From Malacoraja senta (Eukaryota): a stretch of 64,000 nt of DNA. Positions 37,670 through 51,124 of this stretch are shown piece after piece; positions within the stretch are counted from its first letter, which is position 1; each line of letters begins with the position of its first letter. The notes beneath the pieces are model-generated. The model searched no databases and had not been told where the DNA came from. It worked only from the letters and a program-made list of their open reading frames with translations. The stretch is from NCBI GenBank assembly GCA_038087875.1, contig CM075991.1, positions 1,426,001 through 1,490,000 of the forward strand, read 5' to 3'. Both the position numbers and the translations under genes were made by a program.

Positions 37670-40600
37670 ATCTTCGGGCCTCACTCACCCAGCTCTACTT
37701 CATCCAACGGCAGATCCGCACCTTCAATCAACGATTCCTGGCAGACTTGGACTCCACCATGGACCTTAAACTTGCCCACCTCCAGGCCGCTCCTGCCACC
37801 GACACTCTGCGACTCGACCGCCTGTAGGCCCCAGGCCCTAACACCTGCCCTAACGCCTGCCCGGACACCACCAGGCCGAGTCCCGCGATGCCATATTTGC
37901 ATCGAGGAGCAGCACCAGCACTCACTGCCTCCCTGACCGACCTCAGGCCAGGACACCGAAGATGCCGCCATCGCCGATCTTTACCCACCCACCAATGACG
38001 CCGATCCTTGCTACCTCCTCGGCTCCTCCGACTATCGGCACCAAAACGGGCCCGTTGAACCTCGCCGCCTCACTGGCCATCCGCTGACCGAAACCTCCTA
38101 CGCTTCGCCCGCTGACCCCGGACTCCACTCCCCGGGAGCCTTTACCATTGACTCTACCGACCCTCGCCACTACGCCCTCCAGCAGGCCGCAGCCGTCGCC
38201 TTACCTGAGTCCCAGGTTCAGCACCGGGCCTGAAGTCTCCACGCTGCAGACTAACATCACGGGGTCTGACTGCGCTGGGTCCTAGTGCTCGTCCCCCTGA
38301 CACAGGGAACCTCAGTGGTTATTCCACTGGGTTTTCCCCTTCCCCCTTAAACCATGTGACCTCAACTCCTCCCCACCCACACTATAGTCCTCATACCCTC
38401 TCCTCCCTGACCACCCACCACACCCCCTACCAGACATCGCCTCAGCCTCCGTCCACTCACCTGCCTCCCCCCGGCCCCAACCCCCATCGTTGCCGTGTGT
38501 TCACCATCCCCCCTGACCTCCCCCTCTCTGATACCGAACAGTCTGTTTTCAGCAGAGGCCTCACCTTTGTTCCCCTCCATCCCCACCTCAATGAGTTCCG
38601 CGTCCGCCACGATGTGGAGCTCTTCTATCGCCTCCGCCTCAAAGTGTTCTTCCATGGGAAGGAGTCCTCAACCCCCAGTGATAACCCCTTCTTCAGTCTC
38701 CAACGGATCCTCGCTTATTGGACACCCCCTCATGGCCATCTACCGGCTTTAGACCATTTTATTTTAAACTGCCAGGGGCAGCAACCCAGACTGGGTGATC
38801 AATCCTGCCGACAAGGGAGGTGCCGTGGTAGTCGGCCGCACTGATCTCTACAAGTCTGAGGCCATGCGCTAACTCTCAGACACCTCCTCCTACTTATCCT
38901 TGGACCATGAACCCACAGACGAGCACAGGCCATTATCTTTAACTCACTGGCTTCATCACTTCCGGCTCCCTGCCCTCCCAAGCCTCCAAACTCATCATTC
39001 CACAGCCCCGCATGGCTCGATTTTACCTTCTCCCGAAAATCCACAAACCTGACTATCCTGGCAGACCCATTGGTTCTGCTTGTTCGTGTCCCATTGAACT
39101 TATTTCCACATACCACGACTCCATCCTATCCCCCCTGGTTAAATCCTTCCCTACCTATGTTCAAGACACCTCACACGCTCTTCGTCTCCTCCATTTCCAG
39201 GCCCCCATTCCCTCATCTTCACCATGGATGTCCAGTCACTCTACACCTCCATCCCCCACCAGGAGGGTCTTAAGGCCCTCCATTTCTTCTTCGACCGCAG
39301 AACCATCCAATCCCCGTCTACCGATACTCTCCTCCGCCTAGTCCTTCCCCTTAACAACTTTTCATTTGACTCCTCCCATTTCCTCCAAATCAAAGGCGTA
39401 GCTATGGGCACGTGCATGGGCCCAAGCTATGGGCCCTGCCTCTTTGTAGGATACGTCGAACAATCCTTGTTCGAGGCGTAACGTGGCTTTATCCCCGAAC
39501 TCTACATCCGCTACATCGACAACTGCATTGGTGCTACCTCCTGCACCCATGCAGAACTCACTAACTTCATCCATTTCACCACTAACTTCCATCCGGCACT
39601 CAAATGCACCTGGACCATTTCCGACAACTCCCTACTGTTTCTAGACATAGAAACATAGACATAGAAAATAGGTGCAGCAGGAGGCCATTCGGCCCCTCGA
39701 GCCAGTACCGCCATTCATTGTGATCATGGCTGATCGTCCCCTATCAATAACCCGTGCCTGCCTTCTCCCCATATCCCTTGACTCCACTAGCCCCTAGAGC
39801 TATAGAAACATAGAAAATAGACCTCACTACATCGCAGGTAACAGACTACTGACCGATATCTACTATAAACCCATTGACTCCCATGGCTATCTGGACAACA
39901 CTTCTTCCCACCCTGCTTCCTGTAACAACTCCATTCCCTACTCTCAATGCCTCCGTCTATGCCGCATCTGCACCCACGATGAGGTGTTCCAAACCAGGGC
40001 ATCTGAGATGTCCTCATTCTTTAGGGAACGGGGGTTCCCCTCTTCTACTATAGGTGAGGTTCTCACCGGGGTCTCTTCTATACCCGGTAACTCTGCTCTC
40101 ACTCCCCATCCCCCCACTTGTAACAAGGGCAGAGTCCCCCTTGTCCTCACTTTCCACCCTACCAACCGTCACATACAACAGATAATCCTCCGACATTTTC
40201 GCTACCTCCAACAGGATCCCACCACTGGCCACATCTTCCCATCTTCTCCCCTTTCAGCTTTCCGCAGAGACTGCTCCCTCCGTAACTCCCTGGACAATTC
40301 GTCCCTTCCCACCCAATCCATCCACTTTCCTGGTACTTTCCATTGCAACTGCAGGAAAGCTACACTTGTTGCTTTACCTCCCCCCTTGACTCCATCCAAG
40401 GACCTAAGCAGTCTTTCCGGGTGCGGCAGAGGTTCACCTGCACCTCTTCCAACCTCATCTATAGCATCCGCTGCTCTGGGTGTCAGCTGCTCTACATCGG
40501 TGAGACCAAGCGTAGGCTTGGCGATCGCTTCGCCCAACACCTCCGCTCGGTTCGTAATAACCAACCTGATCTCCCGGTGGCTCAGCAGTTCAACTTCCAC

Positions 40601-40940
40601 CCCCATTTCGACTCTGACCTTTCTGTCTTGGGCGTTCTCCATGGCCAGAGTGAGGATCACTGTAAATTGGAGGAGCAGCACCTCATATTTCGCTTGAGTA
40701 GTTTACACCCCAGCGTTAAGAACATTGACCTCCAATTTCAGGTAGTCCCTGCTTTCTCCCTCTTTCCCCTCCCTTTCCCAGCTCTCCCACAGCCCACTCT
40801 CTGCCTCTTCCTTTCTTCTTCTCGCCCCCCCCCCACCCCCACATCAGTCTGAAGAAGGGTCTCGACCCAAAACGTCGCCTTTTTCCTTCTCTCCATAGAT
40901 GCTGCCTCACCCGCTGAGTTTCTCCAGCATTTTTGTCTAC
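37670..40940 (+). mobile_element. Penelope-like element, near-complete but degenerate (RT + GIY-YIG), with short CR1 tail insertion ~39646-39817
   Basis: ORFs 38356-39481 RT; 40343-40852 IYSIRCSGCQLLYIGETKRRLGDRFAQH (GIY-YIG). Confidence 0.92.
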
Positions 40941-40999
40941 TATCATATTTGGAGTAAGGCAAGCTTTCCCACTCCTTTTGCTTGTGTATGTTGAATATT

Positions 41000-43918
41000 T
41001 CATCGACCCATCAAGAAGGATACGGGCATAGAGAGACGGTGATGACAAGTAGCAGGGTTCTGTGGTTGAAGCTTCCCTGAACATGAAAGATATCGCTAAC
41101 TTCTGCTCAGACTCAACGTCACAGTATATTTATCAGCTCCTGTGTCCAGCTTTAACAAGCCTTGGGAGCCAGAGTCAACCACAGCAAGAATGAGGGCATT
41201 ATCTTTGACACCTGGTCCAACCAATCCGTGGATCCCTTCACTGTTAAGACTGGCCACCTGAAGGGGTTCTGAATCTGGTTGGGAGGGCTGGACATGTGGC
41301 AAGAATTGGCTGGAGCAGATACCCAAGCTGCAACAAAAATTGGGAATTTGGGAGTAGCACTTCCTCTCGATGATGGATGTTAACCAGGTGCTCTTAGTGT
41401 TGTTGTACATGGGACAACAGGAATGAATGGGATATAAATAATACATATATATAGTAAATGTCAATCTGCTGACCCCAGAGAACGTCAAGGAACTAAAGAG
41501 GGACAATGCAGGTTAGAGAAGCACAACGTTCTGTTTTGACTCCCCGATATATTGATGGGAAGCATATTAGGAATACATTAAGGTTTTTCTTCTCCAACAG
41601 TGTTTAGAATGCAGGGCAGTGTCAGAGGGTGGCTACCTCTGGGTACCTTTGAAGCTTTGAGGGAATTGTGCCAACTCCAGATAGACTTCAGCAACTCTTC
41701 CTTCTGCAGACGAAGGGTGTAGATGTGAGGAAGGAACTTCGAGAAGTGTAGGGCCGATATACTACGCTCTGTGCCTCAGAATCCTCCAAGATCTTCTTCT
41801 GATCAAGAGTCTGCTCCATCGAGCAGGATGAGACGTGCTTGTGATCCTTCTTCCGAGCAAGTCTTAAAGAGCTCGGTAACATCCTTGTAGATTGACATAC
41901 TCAGGATCTGCGGATCCTTCTATGACAGAAATAGAGTATGACAGTACAACCTCTTAAAATTTCTATCCGCTATAATGAGGTCTTGTAGGAGCGCAAGCGG
42001 GAATGTCCGTGCCCACTACTGACAGTGGAGGAGCTGACTGGCCCCATCCGCTCTTTTGCCTTGAATAAAGCTCACGGAAGCAATGGCTTACTAGTGAGGT
42101 TATCCTTGGCTCTGTGGGACTGGGTGGAACTGGACCTGCTGGAAATGTACAATGCACTGCTAGCTCGAAGGGCTGAAAGGACTCCTCCTGCACCTATATT
42201 CTATGTTTCTATTCTGGCTGGCGGCATGTCAGACTCCATGAGCAAGGGCATCATGACCCTTATCGACAAACAAAAGGGGAAGAAGGATGACCTCAGGTAT
42301 TGGAGACCCATCTCACTGCTAAACATGAATAATGTTAATAAGATCCTCTGAAAGGCCATTGCCAACTGTGTCAATTCTGCTTTGGCACAGGTGATCCAAA
42401 CCTGTGGTCTACCGGGCAGAAAAACCTCAGCCTTATGCTGCTCAGGGATCCCATAGCTTACGTGCATGAGGGAGAGGGGTGGACACCTGCCTGAACATCT
42501 TGAATTAGCAGAAGGCCTTTGATAGTAAATTGCACACGCACATCATGGACATGCTCGCGAAAATGAATTTAGAATGGTGAATTAGGTGGTGAATTTAGAA
42601 TGGATCCAATGTTTCAGGCAGGGTTGCCCACTCTAACCCTTCTTGTTTGTATGCTTTGCAGAACTCTTTGCTGAATCAATCAGGGAGGGCAAGAGCATGA
42701 GGTGTGACATTACAGAGTCCCTGTATTTGAGCAACATCACCAGTTGTGAGGTGCTGTCAGAGCTGCTGTACTTGGCGCAGGTGTGTCCTCTCCCCAGCTT
42801 CTCTGCTTTGGCTAACACCAGTGCCGTCATCTGTGGATGAAAGATGGACTGGGACCGACCGGTCACATGTCCGCAGACAAAAGTGTCAAAAGGTTACCAA
42901 GCATCACCCTCATCCCGATGGTCACCTTTGGGTGTGGCTGCACCAGGTTATATATAGCGCCAAAGCACATGGGCACCAACGTCATCACCTGCTGACATTC
43001 TACCTGTCCCCATTGTTGCAAAGGCTGAGCCTGGCATTGCTGCCATGTGCCATTCAGCTGAACACTTTTGTACAACTTGACCTTTGTGATAAAGTTCTTC
43101 CAACATCTATGACCACAAGAGCATTGGGCAGTGGCCAGCATGGAACATCCTGCTGACACTGCAGAACATGACATTTAATCCTGTGATATAGTTCCCTGAG
43201 CAGGCTGCCTAGTTTGTCTGGTGAAATGTATCTTTGTCAAACTCACTAAGAAGCACCATGACCTCGGTAGTGACTCAGATCCAGATCCTTTCTGCACCAT
43301 CAGCGTCTTTCTAACAATGCAGGTTGCTGTCGGACAGTTGCTAAGGGTATGAGACAGTTGTCCACCTCTTCACCGAGTGTGGATTTGCCTGGAGAATAAT
43401 GAAAGTGTTATCCTGACGGTTCTTCCCAGACAGCATCGTAAGAATGGACACTCTTTGAGAGGCTGTTCTCCAGGATACATTGATGTTTCCAGATGGACAT
43501 CAGGTGTTGTTGGAAGACCATTGACTAGTTTAAAAAACCTCTTTGGTCTGTCCAAAACTTGTTGGTCTCTCAGCACAGCGAGATCAGGGAATGTTGCCAC
43601 CTGGCCCTTTCCAGACTGCAGGAGTGAAAACTGAGGGACGCACTGAAGCTCGGTGCAGCTGATGCCGAGTGTCCGTGGGAGGTGGACCATAGTCAAGGCT
43701 CCTTCCGCTGTCGGACATTGAGGACAGTGTCCGGTGAAGACACCGCTTAAAGAATGGAAGGGATATAATCCTAGCCAAACATATGAGTTGCACGTGCGAT
43801 TTGTTTAAGGATAGGTGTGAACACTACTGAGTATGACACAAGTGCATGTATATACACAAAGAATATATGTAGAATTTTGCCAGCTTTTTTGTATATACTT
43901 TATTAAGAACAAAGATTA
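41000..43918 (+). mobile_element. Degenerate L1/Tx1-like LINE fragments
   Basis: ORF 42025-42351 (NKAHGSNGL..GIMTLIDKQKG..YWRPISLLN); CAGAAGGCCTTTGA and TCAGGCAGGGTTGCCC RT motifs; 3' tail abuts the ITPRIP-like 3' end. Confidence 0.75.
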
Positions 43919-44016
43919 CTAATTAACTTAAATAATTCTGCTTCCAACCTAAGAGCAAACGTCCCTGAGTCAACATCTGCATTTCCTTGTATGCACTGGG
44001 ACCAAAGGCAGTGTTT

Positions 44017-45612
44017 TCAGTCAGCTGCTGTATTATTTTTAAAACACTCCATCATCAGCGGTCCCATGTCCGTTAAGATTTTCTGATATTCCATGAGTGC
44101 CTGACAGTAAGAGTCAGGTTCTGTTACGAAAGACTGGAAGAGGTTTATAGGTTCTGCTTTTAGAAGCAATTCTGGAATTCCAATTTGCTGAGGAAAAGTT
44201 TGATTTCCAATCATAAATCTGTGGAGTCTTTTCTCGTCCAAGCATTTCCCAAGATATTTTAACACATCTCTGAACCGATGTTCCAGGTGACATTCATGCC
44301 AGTTTGAATATGGCTGATTTAAGAGCAGATGCATCAGGACAGTCTTAAAGGGATAGGAGCCAAGAACACATCGCTGGTCTGGAGAACTACACAGTTTTTC
44401 AGTGAGAACGGTCAGTATTTGAAGACACTTGAGGTGACAGGAGTTTTGGGGGATATTTTTTGTCATGATTTTGAGAAACCTGTACTCACAGACAGCACAG
44501 GAAATGAGCCAGTAGGTGGTGGGCACTGTACTATTCTTGGGGTAATCTGAAAAACGAGGTACAAGATGGACATCGGAACCCTTCAGCCTCACAGCTGGAA
44601 AGACTTTGATGTGAATAGTTCGTCCTGACTGATATTGTACTTTTAAACCACAGCAACCAGTAATATTACGGAAGGTAATTTCAAAATCATATTGATGACA
44701 AATTTTCTTCCAAGATTTGGTTAATAAAATCCTGAACCATTTCACTACCTTCTTATAATCTAAATACCACTCGGAATACACAATAGAATCAAAACCATTG
44801 GTTTCAAATCCTTTGCTGTGAATCAGACAAAGAATATCCCCTTCAGATTCCCCGGATCTGGGAAGGTCAGCATTGTGTGGTGTAACCATGAGAATCCTGC
44901 CATAACTCTGTGTTTCAGGTAGGACGTCACAGGAACACATCTCTGGCTTAAAACAATATCCATCCTGGAGAAAAATAGGAACGAAAATATCATATACAGA
45001 TGGTATCTTGCAGCCCCATTTTTCAAACTGACTCCCAATGCCCACACAGTCTTCAAGGATCATCTCATAGCTCCACGGACAAAAATTCCGACTGCCTTCC
45101 AAAAGATTATCCACAAAACATCGTACAAATTCACACGTCTCAACTGGCTCTTGGCGCACATTTTGAATGCAGATGTTGTAGAACTTATCCAGCAAAGTTT
45201 GATCAGGGGTATTCAAAATGTTGTTGTGAGTTCTTCGAGGAAATTCATCTTGCTTTTCTTCCTCCTCTTCCTCACTGTTATAGTCCTGGGGATTCCGTTG
45301 CAAAATGTCACCTCTCCAGAGCCCAAAGATCTGAATTGTCACCAGTATGACTGTAATATAGATGTTCCAATTCATTTTTGGTGAATGTTCCGTATCTGCA
45401 GATAAATGGGTCTTTTTATTAGGCTGATGGTTACTTTTTCCCTCCGTTTTGCTGTGGAGCCATTCTATCTGCTGTTGGTACTGGTACTCATGTTCCTTAA
45501 TTCTATTCTGGACCTCTTCTGTCTCCACTTCATCACTCAGGAGGCGGGGATGGTACAAGCTCCCTGTGATCATCAGAACACACATTTTGAAAAGGTTTAA
45601 CGCTGCTGTCAT
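44017..45612 (-). CDS. ITPRIP/ITPRIPL-like protein, 531 aa (hydrophobic N-terminus, coiled coil, TM, acidic patch, Mab-21/cGAS-like NTase fold)
   Basis: Intact single-exon ORF; TM NIYITVILVTIQIFGLW; EDCVGIGSQFEKW..YDIFVP; SCHLKCLQIL; LGSYPFKTVLMHLL; CLDEKRLHRFMIGN; AEPINLF; acceptor TTTTGATAG|GATG. Confidence 0.9.
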   Translation of the reverse strand: MTAALNLFKMCVLMITGSLYHPRLLSDEVETEEVQNRIKEHEYQYQQQIEWLHSKTEGKSNHQPNKKTHLSADTEHSPKMNWNIYITVILVTIQIFGLWRGDILQRNPQDYNSEEEEEEKQDEFPRRTHNNILNTPDQTLLDKFYNICIQNVRQEPVETCEFVRCFVDNLLEGSRNFCPWSYEMILEDCVGIGSQFEKWGCKIPSVYDIFVPIFLQDGYCFKPEMCSCDVLPETQSYGRILMVTPHNADLPRSGESEGDILCLIHSKGFETNGFDSIVYSEWYLDYKKVVKWFRILLTKSWKKICHQYDFEITFRNITGCCGLKVQYQSGRTIHIKVFPAVRLKGSDVHLVPRFSDYPKNSTVPTTYWLISCAVCEYRFLKIMTKNIPQNSCHLKCLQILTVLTEKLCSSPDQRCVLGSYPFKTVLMHLLLNQPYSNWHECHLEHRFRDVLKYLGKCLDEKRLHRFMIGNQTFPQQIGIPELLLKAEPINLFQSFVTEPDSYCQALMEYQKILTDMGPLMMECFKNNTAAD

Positions 45613-45799
45613 CCTATCAAAAAAGAAGATAGCAGGATATTTATAAAGTGCTGATGCAATTCAGGTCAAAACTACATTAATACATCAGAGACTCTGTTTT
45701 GATACCTTGCAATATTATAATCATCCATTATTATTTAGTCAGTGAAAAGCTGATGTTGCGCGTTATCCAGTCAACTGAAAGATAATACATGATTACAAT

Positions 45800-48700
45800 C
45801 ATAGCAACATAGAAAATAAGTGCAGGAGTAGGCCATTCGGTCCTTCGAGCCTGCACCGCCATTCAATATGATCATGGCTGATCATCCAACTCAGTATCCC
45901 GTGCCTGCTTTCTCTCCATACCCCCTGATCCCTTTAGCCACAAGGGCCACATCTAACTCCCTCTTAAATATAGCCAATGAACTGGCCTCAACTACATTCT
46001 GTGGCAGAGAATTCCAGAGATTCACCACTCTGTGTAAAAAATGTTTTTCTCATCTCAGTCCTAAAAGATTTCCCCTTTATCCTTAAACTGTGACCCCTTG
46101 TTCTGGACTTCCCCAACATCGGGAACAATCTTCCTGCATCTAGCCTGTCCAACCCCTTAAGAATTTTGTAAGTTTCTATAAGATCCCCCCTCAATCTTCT
46201 AAATTCTAGCGAGTACAAGCTGAGTCTATCCAGTCTTTCTTCATATGAAAGTCCTGACATCCCAGGAATCAGTCTGGTGAACCTTCTCTGTACTCCCTCT
46301 CTGGCAAGAATGTCATTCCTCAGATTAGGAGACCAAAACTGTATGCAATACTCCAGGTGTGGTCTCACCAAGACCCTGTACAACTGCAGTAGAACCTCCC
46401 TGCTTCTATACTCAAATCCTTTTGCTATGAATGCTAACATACCATTCGCTTTCTTCACTGCCTGCTGCACCTGCATGCCTACTTTCAATGACTGGTGTAC
46501 CATGACACACAGGTCTCGTTGCATCTCCCATTTTCCTAATCGGCCACCATTCAGATAATAGTCTACTTTCCTGTTTTTGCCACCAAAGTGGATAACCTCA
46601 CATTTATCCACATTATACTGCATCTGCCCACTCACCCAACCTATCCAAGTCACCTTGCAGCCTCCTAGCATCCTCCTCACAGCTAACACTGCCCCCCAGC
46701 TTTGTGTCATCCGCAAACTTGGAGATGTTGCATTCGATTCCCTCGTCCAAATCATTAATATATATTGTAAATAGCTGGGGTCCCAACACTGAGCCTTGCA
46801 GTACCCCACTAGTCACTGCCTGGCATTCTGAAAAGGACCCGTTTACTCCTACTCTTTGCTTCCTGTCTGCCAGCCAGTTCTCTATCCACATCAATACTGA
46901 ACCCCCAATACCGTGTGCTTTAAGTTTGTATACTAATCTCTTATGTGGGACCTTGTCGAAAGCCTTCTGAAAGTCCAGATATAACACATCCACTGGTTCT
47001 CCCTTATCTACTCTACTAGTTACATCCTCGAAAAATTCTATAAGATTCGTCAGACATGATTTACCTTTCATAAATCCATGCTGACTTTGTCCAATGATTT
47101 CACCACTTTCCAAATGTGCTGCTATCCCATCTTTAATAACTAGCAGTTTTCCCACTACCGATGTTAGACTAACTGGTCTGTAATTCCCCATTTTCTCTCT
47201 CCCTCCCTTTTTAAAAAGTGGGGTTACATTAGCTACCCTCCAATCCTCAGGAACTACTCCAGAATCTAAAGAGTTTTGAAAAATTATCACTAATGAATCC
47301 ACTATTTCTGGGGCTACTTTCTTAAGTACTCTGGGATGCAACCTATCTGGCCCTGGGGATTTATCGGCCTTTAATCCATTCAATTTACCTAACACCACTT
47401 CCCGGCTAACCTGGATTTCACTCAGTTCCTCCATCTCATTTGACCCCCGGTCCCCTGCTATTTCCGGCAGATTATTTATGTCTTCCTCAGTGAAGACAGA
47501 ACCAAAGTAGTTATTCAATTGGTCTGCCATGTCCTTGTTCCCCATGGTCAATTCACCCGTTTCTGACTGCAAGGGACCTACATTTGTTTTAACTAATCTT
47601 TTTCTCTTCACATATCTATAAAAACTTTTGCAGTCAGTTTTTATGTTCCCTGCCAGTTTTCTTTCATAATCTATTTTCCCTTTCCTAATTAAGCCCTTTG
47701 TCCTCCTCTGCTGGACTCTGAATTTCTCCCTGTCCTCTGGTAGGCTGCTTTTTCTGGCTAATTTGTATGCTTCATCTTTTGTTTTGATACTATCCCTAAT
47801 TTCCCTTGTTATCCACGGATGCACTACCTTCCCTGATTTATTCTTTTGCCAAACTGGGATGAACAATTGTTGTAGTTCATCCATGCAGTCTTTAAATGCC
47901 TTCCATTGTTTTACCGGAGGAGGCGCTGGCCTGTCCTGCAGCTGTCCGTTTTTTCCCCTTCTTTTTTATTATTTTTAGTACGTTGAGGGTGCAGTCAGGG
48001 GGCCTAATTTTTTTATGTGTGGGGGGTGGTGGGGGGGAAGGGGGAAACTGCTTTTCGTGTCCCTACCTGGTCGGAGGGGTTGCCTTCCTCCGAGCAGCGC
48101 GTTCGACCTGTCCTTGCAGCCTACCAGCGGGTCGTGGAGCGACGTTTCCCTGAGGGGACCTGGCCAGAACATCGGCTTTGGCGGCGGCGCAGATCATCGG
48201 CTTTGGCGGCGGTGCAGCGCTGTCGTGGAGCGGCAATTCCTTTCCTGGGCCGCCGCGCTCGAACTCCAGTATGCTGGGACCGCCGATGAGAACATCGTGG
48301 AGCCGCGGTTCTGTGGAGCGGCCAGCTGCGACGCTGAACGTTACATCCCAGAGCCTGGGATCTCGCGCTGAGATCGCCAGTGTGTGGGGCTCCGTCCGTC
48401 TGTTGGCTTGGAAGCCGCAGTTTCCGGTGGGAAGACGGCCGTTCCTGGCACCCCAAGCCGCTGGGGGTTCCCCCGACGCCGGAGCACCATCACCCGGCGA
48501 GAACATCGGGCGCCGTGGCGGCGACTGTGGAGGCCTCAATAGGCCCGACTCTGGGTGGACAAGCGGATGGGGACTGGACTTTGTGCCCTCTTGTGACAAG
48601 AGGATGTTTTTGTGTTTTGGTGTTGAACTTCTTTTTGAATACTATGTTGTATTTTTATTAGTGTGCTGCAAGGACATCTGAATTTCCCCTGAATAAGGGG

Positions 48701-49735
48701 ATTAATAAAGTAAAAATCTAATCTAATCTAATCTAAATCTAATCATTGAATATCCACCGTCAACCCTTTAAGAATCAATTGCCAGTCTATCTTGGCCAAT
48801 TCACGTCTCATACCCTCAAAGTTACCTTTCTTTAAGTTCAGAACCCTTGTTTCTGAATTAATTATGTCACTCTCTATCCTAACGAAGAACTCAACTATGG
48901 TCACTCTTGCCCAAGGGGGCACGCACAACAAGACTGCTAACTATCCCTTCGTCATTACTCAATACCCAGTCTAGAATAGCCTGCTCTCTCGTTGGTTCCT
49001 CTACATGTTGGTTTAGAAAACTATCCCGCATACATTCCAAGAAATCCTCTTCCTCAACACCCCTGACAATTTGATTCACCCAATCGATATGTAGATTGAA
49101 GTCACCCATTATAACTGTTTTACCTTTGTTGCACGCATTTCTAATTTCCTGTTTGATGCCATCCCCAACTACTACTATTAGGTGGCCAGTACACAACTCC
49201 CACTAGCATTTTCTGCCCCTTAGTGTTTCGCAGCTCTACCCATATCGATTCCACATCCTCCAAGCTAATGTCCTTCCTTTCTATTGCGTTAATCTCCTCT
49301 CTAACCAGCAACGCTACCCAAGCTCCTTTTCCTTTCTGTCTATCCCTCCTGAATATTGAATATCCCTGGATGTTCAGCTCCCACCCTTGGTCACCCTGTA
49401 GCCATGTCTCCGTGATCCCAACTATATCATAGTCATTAATAACTATCTGCACATTCAACTCATCCACCTTATTACGAATGCTCCTTGCATTGAGACACAA
49501 AGCCTTCAGGCTGGTTTTTACAACACTCTTACCCCTTATACAATTATGTTGAAAAGTGGCCCCTTTTTGATTTTTTGCCCTGGATTTGTTTGCCTGCCAC
49601 TTTTACTTTTCACCTTGCTACCTATTGCTTCTACCCTCATTTTACACCCCTCTGTCTCTCTGCTCACACATTTAAGACACCCACCACCTCTTATTCTCTG
49701 TTTATTATATTTTTCTTCTTTCTCCCCTACATGTT
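45800..49735 (-). mobile_element. CR1 LINE (second subfamily), ORF2 EN+RT, disabled
   Basis: ORFs 45988-47884 RT, 48743-49500 endonuclease (CLNARSIRNK, GITETWL, MGDFN). Confidence 0.92.
47909..48743 (+). mobile_element. Non-coding non-autonomous retroposon (~835 bp) with (ATCTA)n tail
   Basis: TSD CATTG 47904-47908/48744-48748 within CR1; same architecture as 9241-10116. Confidence 0.8.
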
Positions 49736-51124
49736 GGGTCTGAGTGCTTCCCTTCTCTGCCTCCTGCCTCACACACCAGGGCTGCCAACATTGGGTGAGA
49801 GTTGGGAGTGAGAAATTGCGAGAGACCAAGCCCGAGGGAGCATAGCGGTGGGGGGGGGGGGGGGGTGGGGGGGTGGCAGTGGGAGGAGGTTGCACTCGCT
49901 ACAATATGATGCATACTGTAGCGAGTCTTTTAACTTACACTTGAATGCAATATATATGCTTTCAATTGGATTAGCTATGAATAAGGTTAGACTAAATTAC
50001 ATTCCTAATTACATTCCACAGTGCAGCACATGACTGATCTTAGTATATTCATGTATGGAAATCAGATTATAATCAAACACGGCCCATGTTGACCAACCTG
50101 GGTCTCACTGCACACCAACCCTGACTATTCCTGACCCTGACTCCAGTTGCATACCTTCTCTCATTCCTGACCCTGACATTCTCTCAATCCTGTCCCTGAG
50201 TCCAGCCTTACACCTGCCCCCCCCCCTATTCTACCCTGATCATAGCTGCTTACCTGCTTAGGTTCCCAGTGCTGACCACTCCCCTGGTCGCAGCTTTGAC
50301 TGCACACCTGGTACTATTCCAGACCTTGACTCTGGATGCACACTTGGCCTTGCTCCTAGCCCCTCTGCACTGACAATATATCTGGCCCTCACATATAGCC
50401 CCATATCTGACCCCCTGGACTTAACCTATTACGTTCAAGTCCACAGGTGCTTATCTAATGCAGTTATCTTTTATGGGGCACTTCACAGAACAAATTATCT
50501 ATAACAAAATTTGCTACATCCATTGGCTTCCTTGTTATCTAACATGCTAGTTACTTTGTCAAAGAAGTCATCAATTGGTTGAACACAATTTCTCATCCAT
50601 AAAATTATACCCACTCAGCTGTATAAGTATTCTGTTACCATTTATTTCATTTTCCTAACAAACTGTCCTGAAGTCATTTTCACCCCCAATATTTTCAATA
50701 TTTTGTTGTCTTCCTTTCAGCTGGGACTTTTCCAAAATGCAGTCCAATAACTATATACTTAAGCAATATTATTCTATTACATGTGATCTTGAGAGTACAT
50801 CATATTTTCTGTGGTATTCATAACACAACAATGATAAAAAGATCTTTGTTTTGATTGCACCTACCAACATGCATACATTATTATATTACAGTTAATATGT
50901 ACCGAGGGCAAATTTTTATTCCAATGCTCCCCATTCCCAATTATTTTTACATTGAAGTGATTTAAATCCAAGTGAAGTTTAAATGGCATCATAAAAGTCA
51001 AACCTCCGGAATGGATGATATTCATTGTGGTCAGTATCCGTACAATTACTATATTAAACTTTAAATCTTCAGATGTCCTGGTTCAAGCTGAAACTAAAGA
51101 AAATAATAACCTCCTCACACATTC

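Larger units (their letters stand above)
27608..45730. repeat. Segmental duplication unit B (paralog of 2984-20230)
   Basis: Same order of host block, PLE, Tx1-like element and ITPRIP-like gene; extra 28888-29436 segment is absent from unit A. Confidence 0.88.
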
